Assembly (NCBI GenBank): GCA_963757475.1
Contig: CAVWRW010000002.1
Span: forward strand, 17,686 to 81,685
Direction of reading: 5' to 3'
Length of the DNA stretch: 64,000 nucleotides
From: Candidatus Dormiibacterota bacterium
GTDB taxonomy: Bacteria > Chloroflexota > Dormibacteria > Aeolococcales > Aeolococcaceae
Position 1 is the first letter of the stretch. Each line of letters starts with the position of its first letter. The translations under genes were made by a program, and so were the position numbers. The notes under the pieces were generated by a model. That model saw only the letters and a list, made by a program, of their open reading frames with translations, had not been told where the DNA came from and ran no database searches. Of the stretch, positions 9,484 through 23,694 are shown piece after piece.

Positions 9484-11007
9484 TCATCCTACAACGTCAT
9501 CCATCGCATGGCGGAGCGCGTCGATGACTCCACGCGCATGACGTTGCTCCTGACGGAGGTTGCCGAAGGCAACGCGAATGGCATATGCGTCGTGCAAACG
9601 CGTGTAACTCAGGAAATATCGGCCTCCGGTGTTGACGCGCTCCATGATCCGTTGATTCAACGTGTCGAGCGTTCCGGGATCATCGAGTCCGCGAGGATGC
9701 GCACGCAGACAGACGACGCTGAGCGGTGCCGGTGCGAGCAGCTCGAAGTCGGGTTCCTCTGTTGCCCACTGCGCAACCATCGACGCCATCGCACAGTGCT
9801 CGCGAATGCGCGCGGCGAGTCCGTCGGTCCCGAAATGGCGGATCACCATCCAGAGCTTGAGCGCGCGCATGCGCCGGCCGAGCGACGTGCCGTAGTCCAT
9901 CAGGTTCGGTGCATCGTCATCGGATCCCTGGTTGCTGACGAGGTATTCCGGCACGATCGAGAACGCGCCGCGAAGCACCTCCGGCCGCCGCGTCCAGAGC
10001 ACGCTGCAGTCGATCGGTGTGAAGAGCCACTTGTGCGGGTTCATCACGATCGAGTCAGCGCGCTCAGCGCCCTCGAGCACCCAGCGCAACTCCGGCGCGA
10101 CGGCCGCGGCACCGCCATATGCCGCATCGACGTGCAGCCAGAGTCCGTAGTGCTCGCAGATGCCGGCAACGGCCGCGATGGGATCGACGCTCGTCGTCGA
10201 CGTCGTCCCGGCGGTCGCCACGACCGCGAAGGGCCGCAAGCCGGCGGCGATGTCCTCGTGGATCGCCAGGCGCAACGCGACCGGATCCATGCGAAAGCGA
10301 TCGTCGACCGGGATGCGGCGGAGGCCGTCGCGTCCGGTCCCGAGCACGATGCCTGCTTTCTCGACAGATGAATGCGCTTCGGCCGAGGCGTAGTACCGCA
10401 ACCGCGGCAGCTCCGGCCTGCCCGACATCCCGAGCTCGCGGATGCGGAGATCGCTCTGGGCCTCGCGGGCCGCGGCAAGCGCGTATAGCGTGCTCGAGGA
10501 TGCGGTGTCGTTGATGACGCCGAAGAGCGGCTCCGGCAGGCCGACCATCTGGCGCAACCAGTCCAAGGCGACCTGCTCCAGCTCGGTCGCCGCCGGCGCC
10601 GTCCGCCACAACATGGCGTTGACGTTCAACGCCGCCGCAAGCGTCTCGCCGAGGATTCCCGGCCCCGAGCCGCTCGACGCGAAGTACGCCATGAACCCCG
10701 GCGACTGCCAGTGAGTCGTGGCGGGGAGCAGCAAGTCGTCGAGATCGTGAAGGACGGCTTCCAGCGGTTCACCCGACGACGGCGGGTGGCGTGGCAACGC
10801 CGCGCGCACCGTCCCCGGCTCGGTCGGGCTCAGGACCGGGAAGCCCTCGACGTCGCGCAGATAGTCGGCCACCCAGTCCGCGACTCGGCGGGCATCCTGG
10901 CGGTAGGTTTCCGGATCCATGTCTCCGGAGCGGCGTGGCTCGACGCTCATGTCCGCAGGGATCGTGACGCGCGGGCGCCCCGGCCCGCTCGGAGGGGTCG
11001 CCAGCAC
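9484..11007 (-). CDS. PLP-dependent group II amino-acid decarboxylase (aromatic-L-amino-acid / L-2,4-diaminobutyrate decarboxylase family)
   Basis: 507 aa; motif SIVMNPHKWLFTPIDCSVLW (the DDC/TDC Lys-PLP motif NPHKW) and conserved N-terminal and middle regions. Confidence 0.8.
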   Translation of the reverse strand: MLATPPSGPGRPRVTIPADMSVEPRRSGDMDPETYRQDARRVADWVADYLRDVEGFPVLSPTEPGTVRAALPRHPPSSGEPLEAVLHDLDDLLLPATTHWQSPGFMAYFASSGSGPGILGETLAAALNVNAMLWRTAPAATELEQVALDWLRQMVGLPEPLFGVINDTASSSTLYALAAAREAQSDLRIRELGMSGRPELPRLRYYASAEAHSSVEKAGIVLGTGRDGLRRIPVDDRFRMDPVALRLAIHEDIAAGLRPFAVVATAGTTSTTSVDPIAAVAGICEHYGLWLHVDAAYGGAAAVAPELRWVLEGAERADSIVMNPHKWLFTPIDCSVLWTRRPEVLRGAFSIVPEYLVSNQGSDDDAPNLMDYGTSLGRRMRALKLWMVIRHFGTDGLAARIREHCAMASMVAQWATEEPDFELLAPAPLSVVCLRAHPRGLDDPGTLDTLNQRIMERVNTGGRYFLSYTRLHDAYAIRVAFGNLRQEQRHARGVIDALRHAMDDVVG

Positions 11008-11028
11008 CCACAGCGCTAGACTGGAACC

Positions 11029-12609
<1,581 letters not shown>

Positions 12610-12763
12610 TCGTCTGGTAACGCCGGGGTAACGAACGCCATTTCGTTGTCTGGCAACGGTACAAGCTCGTCACCCAACCACAACGTGCGCGATCGGTGTG
12701 TGACCGATGCTGCCTCACATGATCCCGGCATTCATCCCCGCGTTGGTAGCCTCGTTGCAAGCG

Positions 12764-12928
12764 ATGCTCGCCCCTGGCAAGCGACGCGATGACGAAAGAG
12801 GACAAGGGCTCGTCGAGTACGGCCTGATCATCGTCCTCATCGCCATCGTCGTCATCGTTGTCGTCGGCGTCGTCGGTCATCAGGCCAACAACGTCTTCTC
12901 AAACGTCAGCAACGGCCTGAGCTCGTAG
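12764..12928 (+). CDS. flp: Flp-family type IVb pilin prepilin (orphan)
   Basis: About 54-aa ORF with the Flp motif GQGLVEYGLIIVLIAIVVIVV (G/EY processing motif followed by a hydrophobic helix). Confidence 0.55.
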   Translation: MLAPGKRRDDERGQGLVEYGLIIVLIAIVVIVVVGVVGHQANNVFSNVSNGLSS

Positions 12929-13047
12929 CGCGATCGCGAGCCGTGCGAACGTGCACGAATCGCGAATCGCTCTCCGTGGTTGGGTCCGGCGCTTCACGTA
13001 TCGTTGCGCGCAGTGACATCGCTGCGAACGACGAGCGAGGACGTGAT

Positions 13048-13669
13048 GTGAGCGAACCCGTAGCACCGCCATCGCCGCCGCTCTGCGGCGTGGTGCTCTG
13101 CGGTGGACGCAGCGTCCGTATGGGTATCGACAAAGCAACGCTCGACGTGGGCGGCACCACGCTGCTCGCGCGCGCGATTGCTCGCCTGAGTGAGGTGTGT
13201 GATCCGGTGCTCATCGCATCCGGGAGCCTGCGCCTCGACGTCGACCCACTCCGTCTGATCCCCGATGCGGTGCCGGACGCAGGTCCGCTCAGCGGCATCG
13301 TCGCCGCGCTGCATCGCTCCGCCGCACGCGTTGCTCGCGGTCGTGGCGGTCGACATGCCCTGGCTGGATCCCGCCTTGATCGCGTTGCTTGCGGCCCGGA
13401 TCGGCGATCACGACGTCGCCCTGTGCGAGACAAAACGCGGGCCGGAGCCATTGCACGCGGTCTACTCGCGTTCCGCGCTGCCCGCGGCCGAGGCGGCGCT
13501 GCACAGTCCAGACCGGTCGATGCGCGGCATCATCTCGCGCTTGCGCACAGCGGTCGTGCCTGAGGAGGAGTGGCGTTCGGCGGGGTTCTCGGAGCTGTTC
13601 GCGAGCAACGTCAACACCCCCGCCGACCTTGCGGAGATCAGTCCGGAGACTCTCCCACCAGCGACGTGA
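13048..13669 (+). CDS. mobA: Molybdenum cofactor guanylyltransferase MobA; one frameshift near nt 13325
   Basis: GVVLCGGRSVRMGIDKATL...GPLSGIVAAL in ORF 12943..13563 continues as ...LLAVVAVDMPWLDPALIALL in ORF 13265..13669. Confidence 0.7.
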
Positions 13670-13928
13670 CGATTTCCGCCGCTCGGGCCAGCGCATCGGC
13701 CTCGGATATACCCGCGGTCATGCTCGACTCCACGAACCGCCCGATGAGGTAGGAGGCGAGCGGGGCGTTCTGACGCTCGCTCGAGTGGGCGACGTTGCGC
13801 GCGATGCGGAGCAGGAGCGCGCGCTCACGGAGGTCGAGCGGCCGCAATTCCGAGGACGACGACGCAGGATTGGTCAGCGCGGACGCCAGCCGCGAGAGCA
13901 GATCGGAGTCCGGAGTGACGCCGTCCAT
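13638..13928 (-). CDS. Hypothetical small protein (96 aa)
   Basis: ORF from the internal Met (MDGVTPDSDLLSRL...); overlaps the mobA 3' end by about 30 nt; no domain recognised. It may be spurious. Confidence 0.2.
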   Translation of the reverse strand: MDGVTPDSDLLSRLASALTNPASSSSELRPLDLRERALLLRIARNVAHSSERQNAPLASYLIGRFVESSMTAGISEADALARAAEIVTSLVGESPD

Positions 13929-13991
13929 GTTGCTAGAGTGATCTTGCCCTATGGCTGGCATACCTCGGCATCCGCACCTCCTCGAGCACGC

Positions 13992-14810
13992 ATGACGTCG
14001 CGCCACAGGCGCGTGATGCAGGTCGCGGCCGGCGGCGCGGTGACGTGGCGCAGCGACGATGTCAGCACTGAGGAGCCGCTCGAGATTCGCGTCGGCACCG
14101 TTTCGCTGTCGGTGACCATGCGCACCCCCGGTGACGATTTCGACCTCGTCGCGGGGTTCCTTGTGACCGAGGGAATCGTGAGCGCTGCCAATGAGATCGA
14201 TGCGATGCGGATGTGCCCTGAGGCCGCTGCCGAGACCGGCGAGCTGAACGTCGTCGAGGTGATGCTCTCGCCGAGCGCAGCTTCAAGGCCGATCACACCA
14301 CGTGCGTTCTTCATGACATCGTCGTGCGGGATGTGCGGCAAAGCGAGCATCGAGGCCGTGCGAACCAAGACCTCGTGGGAGGTTCGCGACGACCCGCTGC
14401 GCGTCTCGCCGGCATTGCTCCTGAGCCTGCCGGAGAAGCAGCGGTCGGCGCAGCGTCAGTTCTCGCGCACCGGTGGCCTGCACGCAGCAGCCCTGTTCGA
14501 CTCCGACGGCGCGCTGCTCTGTCTGCGTGAGGACGTCGGCCGCCACAACGCGTTCGACAAGGTGATCGGATGGGCCGCGACGCAGGGGCTCCTGCCGCTG
14601 CGGTCGCACATGATCCTCGCGTCCGGGCGCGCGAGCTTCGAGCTCACCCAGAAGGCGCTGATGGCAGGCATCCCGCTGCTCGCCGCAATCTCAGCGCCCT
14701 CGAGCCTCGCCGTCGAGCTTGCCGTTGAATCCGGGATGACACTCATCGGGTTTCTCCGCGGGGAGCAGATGAATGTCTACGCGGGTCATGAAAGGATCGC
14801 AGCGGCATGA
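13992..14810 (+). CDS. fdhD: Sulfurtransferase FdhD (formate dehydrogenase accessory, Moco sulfuration)
   Basis: Conserved FdhD motifs: SCGMCGK (catalytic Cys loop), EDVGRHNAFDKVIGWA, and MILASGRASFELTQKALMAGIPLLAAISAPSSLAV. Confidence 0.8.
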   Translation: MTSRHRRVMQVAAGGAVTWRSDDVSTEEPLEIRVGTVSLSVTMRTPGDDFDLVAGFLVTEGIVSAANEIDAMRMCPEAAAETGELNVVEVMLSPSAASRPITPRAFFMTSSCGMCGKASIEAVRTKTSWEVRDDPLRVSPALLLSLPEKQRSAQRQFSRTGGLHAAALFDSDGALLCLREDVGRHNAFDKVIGWAATQGLLPLRSHMILASGRASFELTQKALMAGIPLLAAISAPSSLAVELAVESGMTLIGFLRGEQMNVYAGHERIAAA

Positions 14811-15331
14811 GCGTTGATCCCCAAGCGCGGAGCTGGCGTGGTGCGGAGATCACGGTGAGCGACAGCCGCCGCGGCGTCGACAGCGACGATCGCAGCGGCG
14901 ACGTGATCGTCGCGCGGTTCGCGCTGCTGCCCGCGGACGTCGTCGTGCGCAAGAGTGTCGCCGACGACATCGAGGAGATTCGTGCTGCCGTTCGCGATTG
15001 CGCCGGCCAGACCGACGTGATCATCCTCACCGGCGGCACGGGCCTCGGGCCGCGCGACGTCACCCCGCAGGCGCTGCTGCCGATGCTCGACTACGAGGTG
15101 CCGGGAATGGCAGAGGTGATGCGCCACCAGGGGCTGCAGTCAACGCCGCACGCGATGCTCTCGCGCCAGGTTGTCGGAGTCATCAATGGCTGCCTGGTGC
15201 TCGCGCTGCCCGGTAGCCCGCGAGCTGTGGCCGAGTGCCTTGACGCCGTCTGGCCGGCGCTGCCGCACGCACTCCAACTGCTCGCCGGCGACACGCGGCA
15301 CACCGAGGAGCCCCCGCCGCTCGCGATCTAA
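14807..15331 (+). CDS. mogA: Molybdopterin adenylyltransferase MogA/MoaB
   Basis: 174 aa with the MoCF-biosynthesis motif VIILTGGTGLGPRDVTPQAL. The start codon overlaps the fdhD stop. Confidence 0.8.
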   Translation: MSVDPQARSWRGAEITVSDSRRGVDSDDRSGDVIVARFALLPADVVVRKSVADDIEEIRAAVRDCAGQTDVIILTGGTGLGPRDVTPQALLPMLDYEVPGMAEVMRHQGLQSTPHAMLSRQVVGVINGCLVLALPGSPRAVAECLDAVWPALPHALQLLAGDTRHTEEPPPLAI

Positions 15332-15822
15332 GGCGTCGCCGGACGATCGAGCGTCCCGCTACGGCCGCCCTCCTTGTGCAGGAGCGTGATGTCGGTCAGC
15401 GACGCCCAATGGTCGATCGCCTTGATCATGTCGATGACGGTCAGTCCGGCAATGGCGACCGCCGTCAGCGCTTCCATCTCGACGCCGGTAGCCCCCTCGA
15501 CACGGGCGGTGGCTTCGATGACGACGCCGGGCATGTCGCTCTCGTCGAGGCGGAGATCCACATCGATGTGACGCAGCGCAAGCGGGTGACAGAGCGGGAT
15601 GAGATCGGAGGTGCGCTTCGCGCCCATGATCCCTGCCAGCCGAGCGGTATCGAGCACGCTGCCTTTGGCGATGCTGTCATCGGCGATGCGCTGCATCGCC
15701 TCGGCGCTGCAGTTGACGCGACCACGCGCCGTCGCGCTGCGCCGGCTCACCGCTTTGTCGCTGATGTCAACCATGTTCGCGCGACCTTTCGCGTCGATGT
15801 GGGTCAGGCGGCCTTCTGTCAT
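15328..15822 (-). CDS. moaC: Cyclic pyranopterin monophosphate synthase MoaC
   Basis: 164 aa from MTEGRLTHIDAKGRANMVDISDKA; conserved LIPLCHPL, TGVEMEALTAVAIAGLTVIDM. The upstream in-frame extension (ATG 15927) is more likely the frameshifted moaE C-terminus. Confidence 0.8.
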   Translation of the reverse strand: MTEGRLTHIDAKGRANMVDISDKAVSRRSATARGRVNCSAEAMQRIADDSIAKGSVLDTARLAGIMGAKRTSDLIPLCHPLALRHIDVDLRLDESDMPGVVIEATARVEGATGVEMEALTAVAIAGLTVIDMIKAIDHWASLTDITLLHKEGGRSGTLDRPATP

Positions 15823-16265
15823 GCCTGCACGTTGTCGTGCGTGTGGTGACGTGCGTCGACCCAGCGGGCGCCATCGGCCCGGTGCTCGCGTTTCCAGACG
15901 GGAACCGTCGGTCTTGATCATCTCCATGGCCTCCTGGCAGACGGGAATGCCGTGTCGCGGTGCGGTGCAGCGACGACGACGAGCACGCTCGCCTCGCCGA
16001 CGAGGAGCGATCCGGTTCGATGGACGATGGTGATCGTGCTGACACCACCGCGCTCGTACAACGTCTCGCCGATGCGCCGCATCTCCAGTTCGGCCATCTC
16101 CGCATACGCTTCGTAGTCGATGCCTTGGACGCCGACGCCGTCACTGTTATCGCGCACGCGACCGACGAACGTCGCAACGGCCCCATCGCGGGACGACCCT
16201 GCGCTCGCGATCACGGATCCCACATCGATCGGTGCGTCCGTGACCCAGACGCGGACTGGCGAAGG
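15823..16265 (-). pseudogene. moaE: Molybdopterin synthase catalytic subunit MoaE; C-terminus apparently frameshifted into the moaC frame
   Basis: AVATFVGRVRDNSDG...IDYEAYAEMAELEMRRIGE...ITIVHRTGSLLVGEASVLVVVAAPHRDTAF matches MoaE. The expected C-terminal motif (...KTRAP.W...) appears in the overlapping frame (MEMIKTDGSRLETRAPGRW). Confidence 0.55.
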
Positions 16266-16275
16266 GTCCTCGTTC

Positions 16276-16512
16276 GCCGCCGGCCACCGGCGGGATGAAG
16301 GCAATGATGTCGCCGCTCTGCACAGCAGTGGTCCACTCGCAGTAGTTGAGGTTGCGCGCTGCGCGCACAGATGCCGCGTCGACGCCTGCGGCGGGGTGGC
16401 GGCGCACGACCTCATCCCACACGTCTTGGACTGTCGCACCGTCAACCTGGATCTCGCCGGTACCGACTCGCTCGCGCAGCGGACCGAACACCAGCACGGT
16501 GACGTCAGCCAC
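16276..16512 (-). CDS. moaD: Molybdopterin synthase sulfur-carrier subunit MoaD (ThiS/MoaD fold, C-terminal GG)
   Basis: VADVTVLVFGPLRERVGTGEIQVDGATVQDVWDEVVRRHP...GDIIAFIPPVAGG, about 79 aa ending in Gly-Gly. GTG start as revcomp of cac at 16510-16512. It is in frame with upstream moaA fragments because of frameshifts. Confidence 0.6.
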
Positions 16513-16516
16513 CGAC

Positions 16517-17556
16517 TCAGCCGCCGATGTACGACATCTCGATCCGCTCGCCGTCAATGACGCCGAGACCGCGCAACTCTGAGTACCGATCGTCGCGCCG
16601 GGCCCAGCGATCGGCGATGACATGTCGCAACTCGTCGTCGCTCGCCCCCGATCGCAGCGGTTCACGGAGGTCGATGCCGGTCGGTGGCGAAGAGACAGGT
16701 GTAGAGCTTCCCATCCACTCCGAGACGCGCGCGGGTGCAATCGCCGCAGAACGGACGGCTCACCGACATGATCACGCCGAGCTCGCCGCCACCGTCGGCG
16801 AAGCGATAGCGCCGTGCGACCGCCGGTGGGATCGGGCTTGTCCTCAATCAGCGGGTGGACCTTCGATACGCGTTCGAGGATCTCCTCGCCGCTGACGACG
16901 TCAGCCATACGCCATCCGTTGGTGGCGCCGACGTCCATGTACTCGATGCAGCGCAGGCTGAGCCCCTCGCGCCGTGCGAAGTCGACGAGGTCGAGCAGAC
17001 CGTCCTCATTCACTCCACGTTGCACAACGCAGTTCAGCTTGATCGGCGCAAGGCCGGCCTCGCGCGCTGCCGCGATGCCATCGAGCACTTCGGCGACCTC
17101 GATACGCGAGTTCGCTCATCGCAGCGAAGACGGCAGGATCGAGAGAGTTCGAGGCTCGACGGTGACACGGTGCAAACCGGCGTCGCGCAGGCGCGCGGCC
17201 CAACGTCGCAACAGCGCGCCGTTGGTGGTCAGCGCGATGTCCTGCATGCCGATCGCTGCGATTCCCGCGACGATGTCGGCCAGGTCGGTGCGCAGCAGCG
17301 GCTCGCCACCGGTCAAGCGAATCTTGGTGACTCCGAGCGGACTGGAACACGGTTGCGAGGCGCACGATCTCCTGTGCGTCGAGTGCCTCGCCACGCGGCA
17401 GAAAACGGTGTCCCGGACCGAAGCGCGACTTCGGCATGCAGTACGGGCATCGGAAGTTGCACTTGTCGGTGACGGAGATGCGCAGGTCGCGGAGCGCACG
17501 CCCAAGAAGGTCGGGTCCGATGGCGACGCTCGAAGGAACGGAAACGGCAGTCATCG
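16517..17556 (-). pseudogene. moaA: GTP 3',8-cyclase MoaA (radical SAM), split over at least 5 reading frames
   Basis: Consecutive MoaA segments lie in different frames: [18 protein letters not shown] (radical-SAM Cys cluster); [15 protein letters not shown]...ALTTNGALL; [12 protein letters not shown]; [34 protein letters not shown]...; [21 protein letters not shown] (C-terminal cluster); ...EMSYIGG (C-terminus). Confidence 0.65.
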
Positions 17557-17559
17557 CAG

Positions 17560-18728
17560 GGGGATCGCCTCGACGACGGTGCCCGCCGGGAAGACTTCGA
17601 GACCCGCCGGCGAGCACAACGAGGCAGTCTGCGCGCGTGAGTGAGTGCAGCATCGACGAACCCTGGTCTCCGGAGCTGGTCGCCGACGGCAGCTCGCCCG
17701 GGGTCTCATGCAGCACCGCCCGCGCGTAGGTCTCCAGCGCTTCGGGCTTGGTCATGTCCTCGCCAAGGCGTACTTGCATCCGCCGCCGGTGCAACTGACG
17801 CGCACCCTGCATCTTTCTGATCACCGGGCGAGCGAACAACTCGAAGGTGACCGAGCTGCTGACCGGGTTTCCGGGCAGGCCGATGAAGACCGCGTCGCCG
17901 ACCGTCCGGTGAGCACCGGCTTGCCCGGCCGCATCGCCACGCGCCACGGTCGAGATCGTTCCCATCTCTGACGACCACCTCGCGGACCCAGTCGTGGTCG
18001 CCGACGCTGACTCCCGCGGAGCTGACGATGAGGTCGGACACCGGCGGCGGCCTGCAGCAGGGTTCTCAGGGACTCCTTCGAGTCACCCCCGATTCCGAGG
18101 AGCGCGGGCAACGCCACCCGCCTCACGCACGGCTGCGGCGAGCATCGGCGAGTTCGAGTCGACGAGCTGGGCTGGGCCCGGCGACGTTCCGGCGGCCACC
18201 AGCTCGTCGCCCGTCGCCAGCATGGCTACCCGAGGCCGGCCCGCCAATGATGAGCTGCGCGTTGCCGAGTGCCGCGGCGACGGCGATGTCGATGCTCGTG
18301 AGCTCCAGTCCGGGACGCAGCAGCGCGCGCCGGCTGCCATATCCGCGCCGCGCCGGCGAACACTCGTGCCGTTGGCGTCGCGACCTCGATGAGGACATGC
18401 ATCGTCCTCGCGCGTGGTGTCCTCCTGGCGCACGACGGTGTCGGCGCCGGCAGGCATCGGCGCGCCGGTCATGATCCGCATCGCGGTACCCGGTGCCAGC
18501 GCGATGGGCATTGACCCCGGCACGCGACTCGCCGGCAACCGGAAGGCGCACCGGCGCGGCGACGCGTTGCGGTCTCGATCTCATCGCGCGGACGGCGTAG
18601 CCGTCCATTGCCGAGTTGTCAAAGCCGGGAAGGTCCGATTGCGACGACACCGTCTGCGCGAGGATTCTCCCGAGCGCGGCACCGAGGCCGACCTGCTCGG
18701 GCGGGAGCGTACTCACGCCGTCGAGCAA
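17560..18728 (-). pseudogene. moeA: Molybdopterin molybdotransferase MoeA, split over at least 4 reading frames
   Basis: Segments in different frames: LPPEQVGLGAALGRILAQTV...FDNSAMDGYAVRA (N-terminus); AMRIMTGAPMPAGADTVVRQEDT...VAMLATGDELV...DSNSPMLAA; [12 protein letters not shown]; [30 protein letters not shown]...[16 protein letters not shown] (C-terminus). Confidence 0.65.
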
Positions 18729-18956
18729 CCGCGCCTGCGCGCCGGCGACGGACTCGAGATCGGGGAGAAACGGCAGGCGCCAACGTCATGAAGTCCTCAT
18801 CCTCTACCCGCGGTGCGGTTCGCGACAACCATCATAAACGCGGTGACCGGCCGGTATTCGCGGCCCTTCTCGTCCGTCACTGACAGGCGTACTCTTTGCT
18901 CTGTCCACGGGTGGACCTCGGAGAGATGTCGGCCGTGAGGGCCCGGAGGGTCTTGG

Positions 18957-19839
18957 ATGTTCCCTGCCGCGTTCGACTACATCGCGCCGGCGTCGCTCGA
19001 CGAGGTGCTGAACCTCATGAGCAAGCACGGCGACGATGCGAAAGTGCTTGCCGGTGGGCAGAGCCTGATTCCGTTGCTCAAACTGCGATTTGCAACCCCG
19101 GTCGTGCTCGTCGATATTGGACAACGTCGAGGGCCTCGAGGGAATCAGCAGAGAAAACGGGCATGTGCGCATCGGGGCGCGAACGCGGCATCGCGATGTT
19201 GAAGGCTGCCACCGACCTGCGCGGCACGCCTCGATGTGCTCCTCGATGCGGCGCCGCTCATCTCCGATCCGCTGATTCGCAACATGGGAACCGTCGGCGG
19301 CTCGGTCTGCCACGCGGACCCCGCAGGCGACTGGGGCGCGGTGATGCTCGCCGTCGGCGCCGAGTTCGTCGCTCCGATCGTCGCGCCGGCGAGCGGGTGC
19401 TTCCGGCCGCCGGCTTCTTCGAGGGTCCCTTCACCACCGGCGCTGCAGGCCGACGAGGTGATGACCGAGATCCGCGTGCCGGTCAGCGGCCGGCCGGTCG
19501 GGCGGGACCTACCTCAAGCTGGAGCGCAAGGTCGGCGACTTCGCGAGCGTCGCGGCCGCGGTGCACGTCGTCCTCGGCGACGACGGTCGCGTCGCCGCAG
19601 CCGGCATCGGCCTGTGCGCGGTCGGTTCGCACAGCATCAAGGCGACCGCGGCCGAGGCGGCGCTCGTGGGCCAGACGCCGACGGACGACGGTCATCAGCG
19701 AGGTCGCCCGGCTGGCCGCGGAGGCGGCAGAACCCAAGGCCGACATACGGGGCAGCGCGGAGTACAAGCGCGACGTCGTGCGCGTCTTCGTGCAGCGCGG
19801 GCTGCGCACCGCCGTCAATCGCGCGCAGGGAGCAACGGC

Positions 19840-19843
<4 letters not shown>
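18957..19843 (+). pseudogene. coxM: Aerobic CO dehydrogenase medium subunit CoxM (FAD-binding), fragmented over at least 3 frames
   Basis: FDYIAPASLDEVLNLMSKHGDDAKVLAGGQSLIPLLKLRFATPVVLVDI; [20 protein letters not shown]...[10 protein letters not shown]; C-terminal [28 protein letters not shown]. Pieces come from ORFs 18957..19202, 19236.. and 18896..19843 (different frames). Confidence 0.65.
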
Positions 19844-22712
<2,869 letters not shown>

Positions 22713-22714
22713 GA

Positions 22715-23694
22715 ATAGACGACGCGATCCTGACTCTGCTCGCCGAGAACGCCGCCGCGGGGCGTCCGTGCGCGCTCGCAACCGTGGTGCGCACGGAGTC
22801 GCCGACGTCCGCGCACCCCGGCGACAAGGCGGTGATCACCGCGGACGGCGCGCTGCACGGCTGGATCGGCGGCAGCTGCTCGGAGCCGCTGGTGCGCCGC
22901 GAGGCGCTTGTGCGCGATGAGCGACGGCATGCCCCGGCTGGTGCGCATCCGCCCCGACGTCGAGGCGCTCGAGACGCGCACCCCAGGCGAGTTGACCGTG
23001 GCGACAACCTGCCCGAGCGGCGGAACGCTCGACATCTTCATCGACCCGCATCTGCCCAAGCCACTGCTCGTCGTGATCGGCGGCAGCCCGGCGGCACGCA
23101 CGCTCGTCGCGCTCGCGCGGCGTCATGGGATTCCGCACGTGCGGCGTGCACGCTGGCGCGCGCAGCGGCGGACTTCCCGGGCGCGGACCGGGTGCTCGAT
23201 CAACCTCGACCTCACCGCGCTTGCGGCCGAGAGCCGATTGCTGGGTCGTGGTCGCGACCATGGGCCACTACGACGACGACGCGCTGGCCGCGGCGCTGAC
23301 ACTGCCGAACGCCGATGTGGCGCTCGTCGCCAGCGTGCGCCGGTCGGCCGCGGTGTTCGAGGTGCTGCGGAGCCGCGGCGTCGCCGAGGGTCAGCTCGCC
23401 CGCGTGCGCGCTCCTGCGGGCACACGCCGTGCGGGAGCGCAGGAGGAGATCGCGTTGCACGCGCTCGCCGAAATCGTCGCGCTCCGCCACGAGCGGATGA
23501 CGGCCAACCCAGCGCCGCAGCCGGCGGCGATCGCGGGCTTTGAGATCGACCCGGTCTGCGGCATGACCGTCGACACCGCCGGGGCTGCCCACAGCGCCGT
23601 GCACAACCACGAGACGTATTTCTTCTGCTGCGCGGGCTGCGAGGAGCGCTTCGTCGCCGATCCGGCTCAGTTTCTGCGCGCTCCCGCCGGCTGA
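22715..23694 (+). pseudogene. XdhC/CoxI-family molybdoenzyme maturation chaperone with a C-terminal YHS (TRASH-like) metal-binding domain; about 2 frameshifts, start unresolved
   Basis: XdhC N-terminal domain [27 protein letters not shown]...[12 protein letters not shown]; middle [40 protein letters not shown] (other frame); C-terminal DCWVVVATMGHYDDDALAAALTL...EEIALHALAEIVALRH. This is followed in frame by the YHS motif IDPVCGMTVDTAGAAHSAVHNHETYFFCCAGCEERFVADPAQFL. Confidence 0.6.

Noticed and set aside
8938-10371. 477-aa + strand ORF
   Set aside because: It lies entirely antisense to the well-supported PLP decarboxylase and the 386-aa gene, has no domain similarity and an Arg/His-rich composition; it is a GC shadow ORF.
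15328-15927. MoaC with a 35-aa N-terminal extension starting at ATG 15927
   Set aside because: The extension resembles the C-terminal motif of MoaE (…TRAP.W…) read in this frame. MoaC homology starts at MTEGRL, giving the canonical 164-aa size.
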